This document shows, one piece after another, positions 10,301 to 19,257 of a DNA stretch of 64,000 nt. Positions within the stretch are counted from its first letter, which is position 1; every line of letters starts with the position of its first letter. The notes under the pieces are model-generated. The model searched no databases. It was not told the DNA's origin and saw only the letters and a list, made by a program, of their open reading frames with translations. Source of the DNA: Planctomycetota bacterium (lineage in GTDB: Bacteria > Planctomycetota > SZUA-567 > H5-PLA8); assembly GCA_038227875.1 (NCBI GenBank), contig JBBRPR010000004.1:32001-96000 (forward strand). The letters are read 5' to 3'. The translations under genes and the position numbers were made by a program.

Positions 10301-10544
10301 GCGCCCGGAGACCGCGTCGGGCACGGTCTTCATGACGATTGAAGACGAGACGGGCAACGCCAATCTGATCTGCTGGCCGAAAGTCTTCGAGCGCCACCGC
10401 CGCGTGGGGCGCAGCGCCCCGGCCGTGATCGCCGAGGGGCGTCTGCAGAAAGAAGGCCTGGTGATCAACCTGATCGTCTCGCGGTTGCTGGACCTGAGCG
10501 AAATGCTGCCCGAGCTGGAAAATCAGTCGCGCGATTTCCGGTAG
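7365..10544 (+). CDS. dnaE2: Error-prone DNA polymerase DnaE2 (ImuC)
   Basis: PHP domain YAELHC..HFSFLEG, GRGSAANS, PDIDVDFEH, GFPESHA and the diagnostic C-terminal SRDFR. GTG 7365 follows GAAAGG. Confidence 0.95.
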   Translation: MYAELHCKTHFSFLEGASFPDELVDRAAELELAALAVTDRNSLAGVVKAHTAAKERNVKLLIGAEIRPTDAPPILLYATDRAAYGRLSQLITVGRRRAEKGECELTAADIAAHATGLIGVAVPPSTCDGNGGADAASRLALYRDAFAGRLFVAAEVHLGHDDAGKLAATKAFAAQLGARLVACNDVHYHNSPRRILQDVLVCTREGVSIHEAGTRLFPNAERRLKSAAEMRALFQRHAEVLLPESPDVLLERSLEIAGGCSFSLDELRYEYPHELTPPGVTLTDYLNQLTWDGAKKFWPHGIPEIVRKQLNHELALIAELHYEAYFLTVWDLVAFARARGILCQGRGSAANSAVCYALGITSVDPERSDVLFERFISRERAEAPDIDVDFEHERREEVMQYVYAKYGRDRAGIVAEVICYRPKSAVRDVGKALGLPLDRIDQVSAVLDPYESGEKIAARLAESGLDPNEPTTRTLIALSRELLGFPRHLSQHVGGFVITRGPLSELVPIENASMADRTVIEWDKDDIDALGILKVDCLALGMLTCIHRCFELVNSDVAKAEYVPNSVNFAPADSIHKTQIVPRPLALTDIPAEDPLVYEMSSRADTVGVFQIESRAQMSMLPRLKPRCFYDLVIEVSIVRPGPIQGGMVHPYLRRRNGEEPVTFPNETIRAVLQKTLGVPLFQEQVMRLAMVAAGFSPGEADQLRRAMGAWRRPGVIDRLREKMLHGMLANGYPASYAEQLFDQIRGFGEYGFPESHAASFALLVYASAWLKLYYPAAFLTALLNSQPMGFYAPAQLIRDAVNHGVTVHPVDVNHSQWDSSLEPGNAVRLGFRLVRGLSELKDVAPLLAARTTPFRTLEDFARRSGLSKAVLSRLAAADVFRSLQIDRRTALWSVLALEEELPLFRGIDVEEPAPSLEAMPLREHISEDYHATGLSLKSHPLALMRAGLSNVRVRTCAELAEIQANTFVRVAGVVLVRQRPETASGTVFMTIEDETGNANLICWPKVFERHRRVGRSAPAVIAEGRLQKEGLVINLIVSRLLDLSEMLPELENQSRDFR

Positions 10545-10567
10545 CGCATATGCGCAATTCAAAATAC

Positions 10568-10709
10568 TGGTGCCACGGATGCATAAGTTTTTGAACGTAG
10601 TGAAGAAACTTATTCATCCGTGCGTTACGCGTCCGCTAGTGAGGAAGCACAACGCACGGATGAACGGACACTTTCGCTACGCTTAAGTGTCCGCGCATCC
10701 GTGGCACCA
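10568..10709. repeat. 142-bp multi-hairpin palindromic element (REP/MITE-like)
   Basis: 15-bp terminal inverted repeat TGGTGCCACGGATGC / GCATCCGTGGCACCA. Four alternating CACGGATG/CATCCGTG cores. Confidence 0.75.
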
Positions 10710-10780
10710 CAGCAACCGCGTGCGTTTTTGAATTTTTTAATTTTCAATTTTTAATTCACATGCGCGTCCTCTCGGTGTAC

Positions 10781-10811
10781 TGTAGTCACGTTGTAGTTAC
10801 AATGTAGTCAC
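10781..10811 (+). promoter_or_regulatory. Triple direct repeat TGTAGTYAC, 11-bp period; probable operator
   Basis: Copies start at 10781, 10792 and 10803 and abut the AAGGAG RBS of the GntR-type gene. Confidence 0.65.
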
Positions 10812-10823
10812 AAGGAGTTTAGA

Positions 10824-11924
10824 ATGGTGGTCTCGAAAGTCGATCCGGCGGGCACCTCAGACACGAAGGGCTACGTGTGGCTCGCATCGCAACTGCGCGA
10901 AGCGATCTTGGGCGGCGAGATTCAGGCCGGGCAGTCGCTGCCGGCGGTGAAGTTTCTCGGGCGCAAATACGGCACGTCACCGGAGACGGCGCGGCGCGCG
11001 GCCAAGCAACTGCAGAGCGAAGGGCTGGTCGCGTCGCTACCGCGGCAGGGGTTTCGCGTGCTGGCGCGCGTCAACGATCCGGACCGCGGGCTGCCGATCG
11101 CGTTTGTGGTCGACGATTCCGAACAGCCGGGCGCGTGGAACGATTTCTACCGGCACCTCTTCGCGGGATTGCAGAGCGCGGCGGGCGAACGCCACTGGCC
11201 GATGCTCGCCGTCGGGAGCACGGGACGTTCCGGCCATCAGATCATGGAGCAACTGCGCGACTGCCGCGCGTGCGGCGTGGTGCTGGACTCGCTGCACCCC
11301 GAGCTGGTGAAAGCGGTCTCGGGCATGGGCATGCCATTGGTGATGATGGACGCCTGGCAGCCTGACATGCAGCTGGACGCGGTCGTGCAGGATTCGTTCC
11401 AAGGCGCGTTGCAGGCGGTGCGCTACCTGGTCGAACGCGGCCACACGCGCATCGCGTGGCTGGGAAAAGTTTCACAGAGCGTGCAGGGCCAGGAACGCTT
11501 CGGCGGATTCTGCGCGGGAATGGCGGGGGCGGGGCTGTCCGTCCGCGCCGACTGGCAGCGCGATACACCGCCGGACAAAACCGCCGCGGCCGCGCGCAAG
11601 CTGCTCAGCGGCAAGGACCGTCCCAGCGCCGCGGTGGGGCTCTGGAATAGAGAAGCGGCCGAACTGACGAAAGCCGCCGCGGAGTTTGGGCTGACGCTGG
11701 GCAAAGACGTCGACATCGTCGGCTGGTCGGCGGCGGAACTCTACCCGACGGAATACCGTTCGCTCTTTGGGAATCTGCCGATGCCGCCGACGATGGTGTG
11801 GAGCATCGCCGAACTGGCGCGCGCTACCATCGCGCGGCTGGCCGAACGCCGCCTCAATCCCGCTCTGTCCGTCGCGCTGTTGAAAATTCCGGCGCGGCTC
11901 AAACTTGCCGAACCCGCAGTCTGA
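10824..11924 (+). CDS. GntR wHTH plus LacI-type ligand-binding regulator (AraR-like architecture)
   Basis: LREAILGGEI.AG..LP....L...YG.S..TARRA...L..EGLV, followed by a periplasmic-binding-fold domain (YLVERGHTRIAWLG). Confidence 0.88.
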   Translation: MVVSKVDPAGTSDTKGYVWLASQLREAILGGEIQAGQSLPAVKFLGRKYGTSPETARRAAKQLQSEGLVASLPRQGFRVLARVNDPDRGLPIAFVVDDSEQPGAWNDFYRHLFAGLQSAAGERHWPMLAVGSTGRSGHQIMEQLRDCRACGVVLDSLHPELVKAVSGMGMPLVMMDAWQPDMQLDAVVQDSFQGALQAVRYLVERGHTRIAWLGKVSQSVQGQERFGGFCAGMAGAGLSVRADWQRDTPPDKTAAAARKLLSGKDRPSAAVGLWNREAAELTKAAAEFGLTLGKDVDIVGWSAAELYPTEYRSLFGNLPMPPTMVWSIAELARATIARLAERRLNPALSVALLKIPARLKLAEPAV

Positions 11925-11938
11925 TCAGGAGACCGTTC

Positions 11939-14122
11939 ATGAAAACGATACACCTACTCGTCGCGGTGTTACTGCTGGCTGGAGCTGGCGCGCAGGCCGC
12001 TCAACCGGCTCCGCCGCAGATGCCGGTGCGCGCCGATGGCATCAAACAAGCCACGATCCCCGATCACGCGCCGCTGCCGGCCGAAGAGAAGGGCAAGCCG
12101 TTCAAGGTGATCGCCACCAACTGGGAACAGCGCCCGGTGATCTGGGGCTGGAGCTGCGAACTGCCCGACGGTTCGGGATTGCAGTTCGGCGGTACGAATC
12201 AGACCACTGACGACGGCCGCGGCCACACCTGCATCAAAGAAGGCGGCAATTGGAAGCCGATCATCGACGACCTGCGCAAAGGTAACGCGCTGCAGAAGCA
12301 GTTCGATGCGGTGCTGGCGCTGCGCAATACCTGTAAGGATACACTGGCCCACGCGCGGTCGCTCTATTTCGACGGCAAACCGGCCGCGGACGAAGGTGCG
12401 AAGATCAAAAGCGACATCGATCCGGCCCTGGCGGAACTCACCGCCGCTCTGGCAAAACGGAGCACGGAGCTGAAGGGCATCTCCGGCGACGCCTACGACG
12501 TGGGGCAGGCCAAGGTCGCGCTGAAGCATGTCGATGCGGCCGCGGCATTGATCAAGCCCTTCGGTGCGCTGGTCACGCCGGAAGCGATGGCCACATTGCG
12601 CCAGGCGCAGGTCGAGCTGGAAATCGCCAGCGACGCGCTCGACGCCGAACCGCCGCCGCGCGCGCTGAGCATCATTGCTTATGACGCCAAGACAAAGCTC
12701 TTCGTCGTCTTCGGCGGCGATCACTACGATTACCTGATGAACGACATCTGGGTCTTCGATCCGGCCAAGCGCAAGTGGTTCGAACGCCATCCGGAAACCG
12801 CACCGGAACCGCGCGCCGATCACCATCTGGATTTTACCGGCGACGGCCGCGTGACGATGTTCGGCGGATACTTTCGCGGCCAGGGCTACCAGCACTACGG
12901 GCCCGCGCGCTGGATTTACGATCTGGAAAAGAACACCTGGTCGGCCGACGGACATTCCGAAAAGGCTGTGGCCAGCGGCATCCGTTCGGGCGGCTACGCT
13001 CCGCCGTCATCTCCGGAAGACTACATGAAAGGCCCGCGCCCGGACGCGGCTGCTTTTGAAGCGAAGCTCAAAGCCGTCCCCGCCAACGCCTGGACCAAGT
13101 TGGAACTGGTCAACATGATCAGCCGCGACTGGGGCACATGGCTCTTCGATGCCGATCGCGATCTCTGGTACGTCTACGCCGGCGGCCATGCCAGCTATCC
13201 CGGCTGTGACGTGGCGCGGTTCCATCTCTCCACCGGCCGTTGGGAAATCACCGATCCGATCGAACTCCCGCTCGGCGGCGCGGGCTCCAACGAACAGTAC
13301 CCCAGCGGCGTGACCTTCAATGGACACCCGTGGTGCCGCCGGCACGTTTGGAATTCCCAGGCGTACGAACCGACGCTGAAGAAAGTGGTCAATGCCGGCG
13401 TCAATGACACGAAGCTGGATTCGGGTTTCTACATCTACGATCCGGACAAGGGCGATTGGACCGAACGGCACCCCATCCCTGACGGCATCAATAACTGCCA
13501 GGGCATCCAGGTGCGCGCGACGGTGCATGGCCTCTTCGGCTGGATCGGCGGGTCTGTGTACCTGATGGACGCCAAAACACTGACGTGGAAAAAATTCGAG
13601 ACCAAAGGCACGATGCCCGGCACGTGCGTCGACGGTTGCGGCATGGTTTACGATGCCAAGCGCGACCGCATGCTGCTGCTGACTCTGGGCGGCTACGCCA
13701 AGCCGTACGACGGCCAGATCTTCGCCGTCGACATGAAAACCCACGACGTCACGAAGCTCAACCCCGAAGGCATGGACAACCCGCCCAGTTCGTGGCGCAT
13801 CTACCTGCGCGAGATGGCGATCGATCCGGTGTCGGACATGCTGCTGATCACGCAACCGTTGATCCGCGGTAACAAAACTCTTCCCGACCAGACGCTGAGC
13901 TACGACATCGCCAAGAACCGCTGGGTGCTGATCAAAATCCCCGGCACCTCGGACAATGGCGTGTGCTCGTCGATCGCGTACGACGCCAAGCGCGGCATCT
14001 TCTGGGGCGGAGAAGCGGGCTACGGCGGCTATGTGAGAGTCCTGCGCTTCGACGCGGCGAAAGCGCAGATCACTCCGCTGAAGGATTTTGTGATGCCGGC
14101 GTCGGTGCCGGAGAAGAAGTGA
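11939..14122 (+). CDS. Secreted kelch/beta-propeller repeat protein
   Basis: Signal peptide MKTIHLLVAVLLLAGAGAQA after AGGAG. Repeated YD....VFGG...W.FD....W blades. Confidence 0.75.
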   Translation: MKTIHLLVAVLLLAGAGAQAAQPAPPQMPVRADGIKQATIPDHAPLPAEEKGKPFKVIATNWEQRPVIWGWSCELPDGSGLQFGGTNQTTDDGRGHTCIKEGGNWKPIIDDLRKGNALQKQFDAVLALRNTCKDTLAHARSLYFDGKPAADEGAKIKSDIDPALAELTAALAKRSTELKGISGDAYDVGQAKVALKHVDAAAALIKPFGALVTPEAMATLRQAQVELEIASDALDAEPPPRALSIIAYDAKTKLFVVFGGDHYDYLMNDIWVFDPAKRKWFERHPETAPEPRADHHLDFTGDGRVTMFGGYFRGQGYQHYGPARWIYDLEKNTWSADGHSEKAVASGIRSGGYAPPSSPEDYMKGPRPDAAAFEAKLKAVPANAWTKLELVNMISRDWGTWLFDADRDLWYVYAGGHASYPGCDVARFHLSTGRWEITDPIELPLGGAGSNEQYPSGVTFNGHPWCRRHVWNSQAYEPTLKKVVNAGVNDTKLDSGFYIYDPDKGDWTERHPIPDGINNCQGIQVRATVHGLFGWIGGSVYLMDAKTLTWKKFETKGTMPGTCVDGCGMVYDAKRDRMLLLTLGGYAKPYDGQIFAVDMKTHDVTKLNPEGMDNPPSSWRIYLREMAIDPVSDMLLITQPLIRGNKTLPDQTLSYDIAKNRWVLIKIPGTSDNGVCSSIAYDAKRGIFWGGEAGYGGYVRVLRFDAAKAQITPLKDFVMPASVPEKK

Positions 14123-14125
14123 CGG

Positions 14126-14466
14126 GAATGACGAATTTGTGAATGTCGAATGACGAATGTCGAATAACGAAAAACTCGCCGCTCAATGCGGCGAGTTTTC
14201 TGAATACACGAGAAACCCGCGAGGGGTGAGCCGCGCGAACGAGAAGCTCTTTTTCCACATTACTTGGTCAATGCAGCGTGTTCCGCGCTTTTTCGAACCA
14301 ACCGTCGGTTGGCTTGCTCAATCAAGACGGCGGCGAAAAACAGCATCGCCAGACAAACAACGAGATTCTTTACCAACGCGTCTTATTGTTTCAACTCATA
14401 CAAAAACGCGCCATTAATCCGGGCGCGTTTTATTTCGACATTCGACATTCGACATTCGAAATGTCC
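14126..14466. repeat. Inverted heptamer arrays (GAATGWC)n ... (GACATTC)n bracketing an intergenic segment
   Basis: Arrays at 14126-14168 and 14434-14466. Confidence 0.8.
14171..14199. terminator. Bidirectional intrinsic terminator
   Basis: AAAACTCGCCGC-TCAAT-GCGGCGAGTTTT between convergent genes. Confidence 0.7.
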
Positions 14467-14469
14467 GCG

Positions 14470-16470
14470 TCAGTTCTTCGCCACCGGCTTCGGGCTTCCG
14501 GCGATGACACCGTTGTTCAGGAAGGCGACGAAATCTTCCGTCTTCTCCGCCAGGCCTTCGAACTGGCTGACGTTCTTGTCTTCCGGCGAGACAATGGCAT
14601 AGAGCGGCAGCGCGACGGAGTTGAAACGCTTCTCCTGCAGGTCGGCATTGGGCTGCGAATCTTCCTTATCCGTGTAGAGCCGGACCAGCACGTACTTCGT
14701 CAGCAGCGACGCAACTTCGGGTTTCGGGAAGACGTTCTTCTCCATCTTCGTGCAGTTGACGCAGGTCACGCCGGTGAAATCGATGAACAGCGGCTTGCCG
14801 GTGCGCACGGATTCGGCGCGCGCGGCATCGAAGTTGTTCAGCCAGACCAGCGGCGCAGTCTGCGCGGGATCCTTGACCGGTTCGCCGGTTCCCGGAGCGG
14901 GCGCCACGGTGGCGACGGCTTCGCTGTCGTTGGCGATCAGAGTGTCCCAGAAGCCGAGGTTGCGACCCGTCAGGCCCGTGGCGATGAAGACGCCCATCGC
15001 CAGAAAGGCCGAGGCGAAGAGCACGCGCACGCCGCCGATCTTTTCCACGGGCGTGTCGTGCGTGAGCTGAAACCAGCCGAGCAGATACGCCGTCGTCAGC
15101 GCGCTCACGGCCACCCAGATGCTCAGGCACACTTCGCGGTTGAAGATGCCCCAGTGGAAGAGCGCGTCGGCGCTGCTCAGGTATTTCATGGCAAACGCGA
15201 CTTCAACGAAACCCATCACCACCTTCACGGCGTTGAGCCAGCCGCCGGACTTCGGCAGCGCTTTCATGATGCTGGGAAAGAGCGCCAGGAAAAAGAAGGG
15301 CGTCGCGAAGGCCGAGGAGAAGGCGAGCATGCCGACCAGCGGCCACTTCCAGTCGCCGCCGGCCGCCGAGACGAAAATCTGTCCGACAAACGGGCCGGTG
15401 CAGGTGAATGAGGTCAGCGCGAAGAGTGAACCCATCAGGAAGACCGAGATGAAATTCTCGCCCTTCGAGGACGATTTGTTGAGGCGGTTGAGGATGAAGC
15501 TGGGGATTTGAATTTCGAAGACGCCGAAGAGATTCAGCGCGAAGACGAACATGATCGCGGTGAAGGCCAGGTTGAACCAGCGGTTGGCAACCAGGTGATT
15601 CAAACTCGCCGCGCCGAAGGCGATGGCCATCGGAAAAGCCAGGCCCGTAAACGTACCGACGATGCCGGCGGAGAAGATCGAGGCGTCGAGCACAGACTTG
15701 ACGCGCGTGGCGTGCATGCGCTTGGTGAAGAAACTGACCGTGATCGGAATCATTGGGAAGACGCAGGGCGTAAAGAGCGCCGCGATGCCGTAGCCCATCG
15801 CCAGCAGCGCGTAGGAGATGAAGCCGGCCTTCTGCGCGTCGGCGATGGCCTGCTTGGTGCCGACGTTGCCGTTGGTCAAGCTGCCTTCAGCGCCGCCACC
15901 TCCACCTCCGCCCCCTCCACCGCCGCCATCTTTCTTCGCGGCTGCGTCGAGGACGGTGATCTTGAAGGGGACCTTCGTTTCCTTGGGCGGCATGCAGGTC
16001 TTTTCGTTACAGACCTGCGACTTGGCGGCCAGCGTCGCGTCGATGTCTCCGGGCTTGGCGTCGGCGGGAATCGTGATCGGCACGGTGAAGGTCGTGGTGC
16101 CTTCGATGGTTTCGATGGCGAAATCCCACGCGTCGGTCTTTTCAGACTTGGCGTCGGGGTTGGTGATCGCGCCGACTTTTCCGGCCGTCTCGGGCGTGAC
16201 CACAATCGAAGTGGGGAACGGACCGTCTGCGCCGTAGGTCTTGGTCGAGTAGCTGTGCCAGCCGACGGGAATCTCAGCCTTGACCTTGAGCTGGATCGTT
16301 TCGCCGGGCTTGCCCTTGATCGATAGATTGGTGATGCTCCACGTGATCGAGACGCGTTCGGCGGCGTGAACGGCGCCCGTGGAGAAGATCAGGCCCAGCA
16401 GCGCCACGGCGGAAAAGACGCCCAGCAGCGGGCGCTTGACAGTCGGACGGATTGCAATGATCGCGGACAT
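14470..16470 (-). CDS. dsbD: Thiol:disulfide interchange protein DsbD family
   Basis: N-terminal Ig-like domain QVCNEKTC, TM domain TPCVFPMIP and SFTCTGP, thioredoxin domain FTGVTCVNC. Poly-Gly linker. Confidence 0.88.
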   Translation of the reverse strand: MSAIIAIRPTVKRPLLGVFSAVALLGLIFSTGAVHAAERVSITWSITNLSIKGKPGETIQLKVKAEIPVGWHSYSTKTYGADGPFPTSIVVTPETAGKVGAITNPDAKSEKTDAWDFAIETIEGTTTFTVPITIPADAKPGDIDATLAAKSQVCNEKTCMPPKETKVPFKITVLDAAAKKDGGGGGGGGGGGGAEGSLTNGNVGTKQAIADAQKAGFISYALLAMGYGIAALFTPCVFPMIPITVSFFTKRMHATRVKSVLDASIFSAGIVGTFTGLAFPMAIAFGAASLNHLVANRWFNLAFTAIMFVFALNLFGVFEIQIPSFILNRLNKSSSKGENFISVFLMGSLFALTSFTCTGPFVGQIFVSAAGGDWKWPLVGMLAFSSAFATPFFFLALFPSIMKALPKSGGWLNAVKVVMGFVEVAFAMKYLSSADALFHWGIFNREVCLSIWVAVSALTTAYLLGWFQLTHDTPVEKIGGVRVLFASAFLAMGVFIATGLTGRNLGFWDTLIANDSEAVATVAPAPGTGEPVKDPAQTAPLVWLNNFDAARAESVRTGKPLFIDFTGVTCVNCTKMEKNVFPKPEVASLLTKYVLVRLYTDKEDSQPNADLQEKRFNSVALPLYAIVSPEDKNVSQFEGLAEKTEDFVAFLNNGVIAGSPKPVAKN

Positions 16471-16677
16471 ACGGTCTCCACAAGGGTTCGTATGCTAAAC
16501 TTATACAGTAAGACTCGAAGTATATTCAATGCCCCGAAAAAATCTTCACAGAGTGCGTGTGATTGCACCACGACCATATCATTCTAGTGCAGCTAACCAT
16601 TGAAAGCCAAATGATTTGGAGTCACATCCGCACGGAAATGGGTGAGCGTCGCGTTCCCACATCGGAGAATATCGGAC

Positions 16678-18015
16678 CTACATCTTGATCAGCGTCTTCA
16701 CAAACGCGAGCGCGCCATCGCGATCGACCAGGCCGCCTTCAAGCTGCTGATCTTCCACCTGCTGCAGGATCGCTTTGAAATCGGGGCCCGGCTTCAGGCC
16801 CAGCGCGATCAGATCGGCGCCGGTGATCAGCGGGGCGGGATGCAGCGACTGTGGCGGCGCCGCCTGAAGTTTTTCGGAGCAGAAGTCGTAGTTCTTCAAA
16901 CTGCCGTGCGAGGCCATGCAGTCGAGCTTGTGGAGCGCGAGGTGTTCGTCGAAGTGCGGCTGGCGCAGAAAACGCTTCAGCGTCGCCGGGCGCATGCGTT
17001 GCGTGTCTTTGAAGACCATGTGCTGCGCCACGAGGCTCACCACGCGTTCAATTTCGGCGTTGGAGAACTTCAGGCGCGTCATGATCTCGCGCGTCATCTC
17101 CGCGCCGACCTTTTCGTGGCCGTTGAAGCGGATGCGGTCGGCGCGTTCAAATGTGCGCGGCTTGCCGATGTCGTGAAAGAGCGCCCCCAGCGCCAGTTCC
17201 AGCGGCGCATGCTCGAGTTGCTCCAACAGCATCAGCGTGTGCGTCCAGACATCGCCTTCGGGATGGAACTGCGCGGGCTGTTCGACGCCGGCCAGCGCTT
17301 CGACTTCCGGCAGGACGTGTTTAAGCAGGCGCGATTCCTTGAGCAGTTCGAACGCGCGGCGCGGGTTGGGGCCGGTGAGCATCTGGCAGAGCTCATCGCG
17401 GATGCGCTCCTGGCTGATGGTCAGGATCGCAGCGGCGTTGTCCTTGATTGCGCCGAGCGTGTGGCCATCGAGCTCAAAGTTCATGCGCGTGGCGAAACGG
17501 ATCGCGCGGAGCATGCGCAGGTGGTCTTCGCCGAAGCGCAGTTTCGGGTCGCCGATGCAGCGGATCACTTTCCGTTCGAGATCGCGGCGGCCATCGACGT
17601 AATCGAGGACTTCGTTCTTGAGCGGATCGAAGAAGAGGCCGTTGATGGTGAAGTCGCGGCGCTTGGCGTCCTCGACTTCATTCGTAAAGACCACCGCGTC
17701 CGGGTGGCGGCCGTCGGAGTACGACGTGTCGCCGCGGAAGGTCGCGACTTCGATCTGGATCGGATCCTTGCCCGGGCTGAGCACGCAGACGACGCCAAAC
17801 GCCGCGCCGACGGCGATGGTGCGGGGAAAGAGTTTCAGGACCTGATCGGGCGTTGCGGCGGTGGCGACATCATAGTCCTTCGGAGTCAAGCCCAGCAGCG
17901 TATCGCGCACGCAGCCCCCCGCGAAAATGGCACGATGCCCCGCGGCCGTCAGGCGCTGGACGACGCTGAGGGCGAAGGCGTGCTGCGGGTTGGGTTCAAG
18001 TACCGGCGTATCCAT
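16678..18015 (-). CDS. cca: CCA tRNA nucleotidyltransferase with HD domain
   Basis: GGCVRD, DYDVAT, RRDFTING, EDHLRMLRAIRF and LFHDIGKP. Confidence 0.88.
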   Translation of the reverse strand: MDTPVLEPNPQHAFALSVVQRLTAAGHRAIFAGGCVRDTLLGLTPKDYDVATAATPDQVLKLFPRTIAVGAAFGVVCVLSPGKDPIQIEVATFRGDTSYSDGRHPDAVVFTNEVEDAKRRDFTINGLFFDPLKNEVLDYVDGRRDLERKVIRCIGDPKLRFGEDHLRMLRAIRFATRMNFELDGHTLGAIKDNAAAILTISQERIRDELCQMLTGPNPRRAFELLKESRLLKHVLPEVEALAGVEQPAQFHPEGDVWTHTLMLLEQLEHAPLELALGALFHDIGKPRTFERADRIRFNGHEKVGAEMTREIMTRLKFSNAEIERVVSLVAQHMVFKDTQRMRPATLKRFLRQPHFDEHLALHKLDCMASHGSLKNYDFCSEKLQAAPPQSLHPAPLITGADLIALGLKPGPDFKAILQQVEDQQLEGGLVDRDGALAFVKTLIKM

Positions 18016-18507
18016 GGGCGCATTGTATCATATTGGATTGATAACTGACCTTCAGGACTTGGGGCCTGAAGGTGGGTACCTTAAGGAAAATTTTCCTTAT
18101 CCACAATCGCTTGGAACTCTTGTCACTCGATACCACTACATATAGATATAAACCATGGAAACGATGTAATCGCGCTAAGCCATGCGGTTTTGTGAGGCAT
18201 ATTTTGCGACATTATTGCCGGGGTTGGCATCAAAACGCACCTCTTCAGGGTCAAATTTATCACAGAAAATTGTGTGCACGTGAGCAACATCCGCCGTGGA
18301 AACATTTTTGATAAAATCCCAGCGTCAGCCTCGCCGAAAACTTATATCTGGTGTACCATAGACGCTTTACGCTCTACAAAAAGAGCGTCATTTAACGATG
18401 ACTCCGCCTTCGCGCACCTTGTTAAGTACTCTCGTAGCTTTTGGGGATTTTGTGTGAACCGATCACCCACCCAAAACGTAGATACTGATGAAGGACGGAG
18501 GGGGTCT

Positions 18508-19173
18508 GTGCCAGCAGCGACCACGTCGTTGAACCTGCCCGCTGCGCCAGCCGTTTCGGCTCAGCGAGCAGCGCCCCAGAAAGAAGTAGTGGCTCCACCC
18601 GACGAGAAGCTTTTCGAACTGGCGATCGGCGGCGACCGGGAAAGTCTCGGGGAGCTGATCGGCCGCTACGAGAAGTCGCTCTTTGGCTTGTTGCTGCGGA
18701 TGACCGGCGGCGATTCGCACCGTGCCGACGATCTCTTTCAAGACACCTTCCTGCATGCGATGCGCGCGGGAAAGACGTTCGATAAGAAGCTGCACTTCAA
18801 ACCGTGGGTGACGGCGATCGCGGTAAACCTGGTCCGCGACGACGCCCGCAAGCGCAAAGTGCGGGGCGAAGTGGGGCTGGATTCGAAGACCGGGTCGGGG
18901 GCAGAATCGGAACGCAGTACGGTTCCGGAACCGGCGGCCACTGGCGAAAACCCCGGGGAAAGCGCCGAACGCAGGGACGAGGAGCTTAAAATTCAGCGGG
19001 CGCTGAATGGCTTGACGGAACTGGAGCGGGAAGTGGTTCTGCTTCATTTCTACGACAGCATGACACTGGTGGAGACGGCCAGTGTGCTGCAGGTGCCGCT
19101 GGGGACGATCAAGAGCCGCCTGCACGCCGCGCTGACGCGCCTGAGTGGAATTCTTGAAAAACCCGCTCCGTAA
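18508..19173 (+). CDS. ECF sigma-70 factor
   Basis: Region 2 ADDLFQDTF...FKPWV..IAVN and region 4 VPLGTIKSRLH. GTG 18508 follows GGAGGGGG. Confidence 0.9.
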   Translation: MPAATTSLNLPAAPAVSAQRAAPQKEVVAPPDEKLFELAIGGDRESLGELIGRYEKSLFGLLLRMTGGDSHRADDLFQDTFLHAMRAGKTFDKKLHFKPWVTAIAVNLVRDDARKRKVRGEVGLDSKTGSGAESERSTVPEPAATGENPGESAERRDEELKIQRALNGLTELEREVVLLHFYDSMTLVETASVLQVPLGTIKSRLHAALTRLSGILEKPAP

Positions 19174-19257
19174 ACGGCGGCGGCAACGTCAAAAGAAGCG
19201 CAGGGACTGTTGGCGGAATGCAGCGATGAATGGTAGGTTGAAGGCAGAGGTGCTGGT

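Noticed and set aside
18225..18239. sigma54 promoter TGGCATCAAAACGCA
   Set aside because: Spacing is GG-N9-GC, not the required N10.
18016..18507. oriC
   Set aside because: Only one perfect DnaA box, and no dnaA/dnaN/gidA context in the window.
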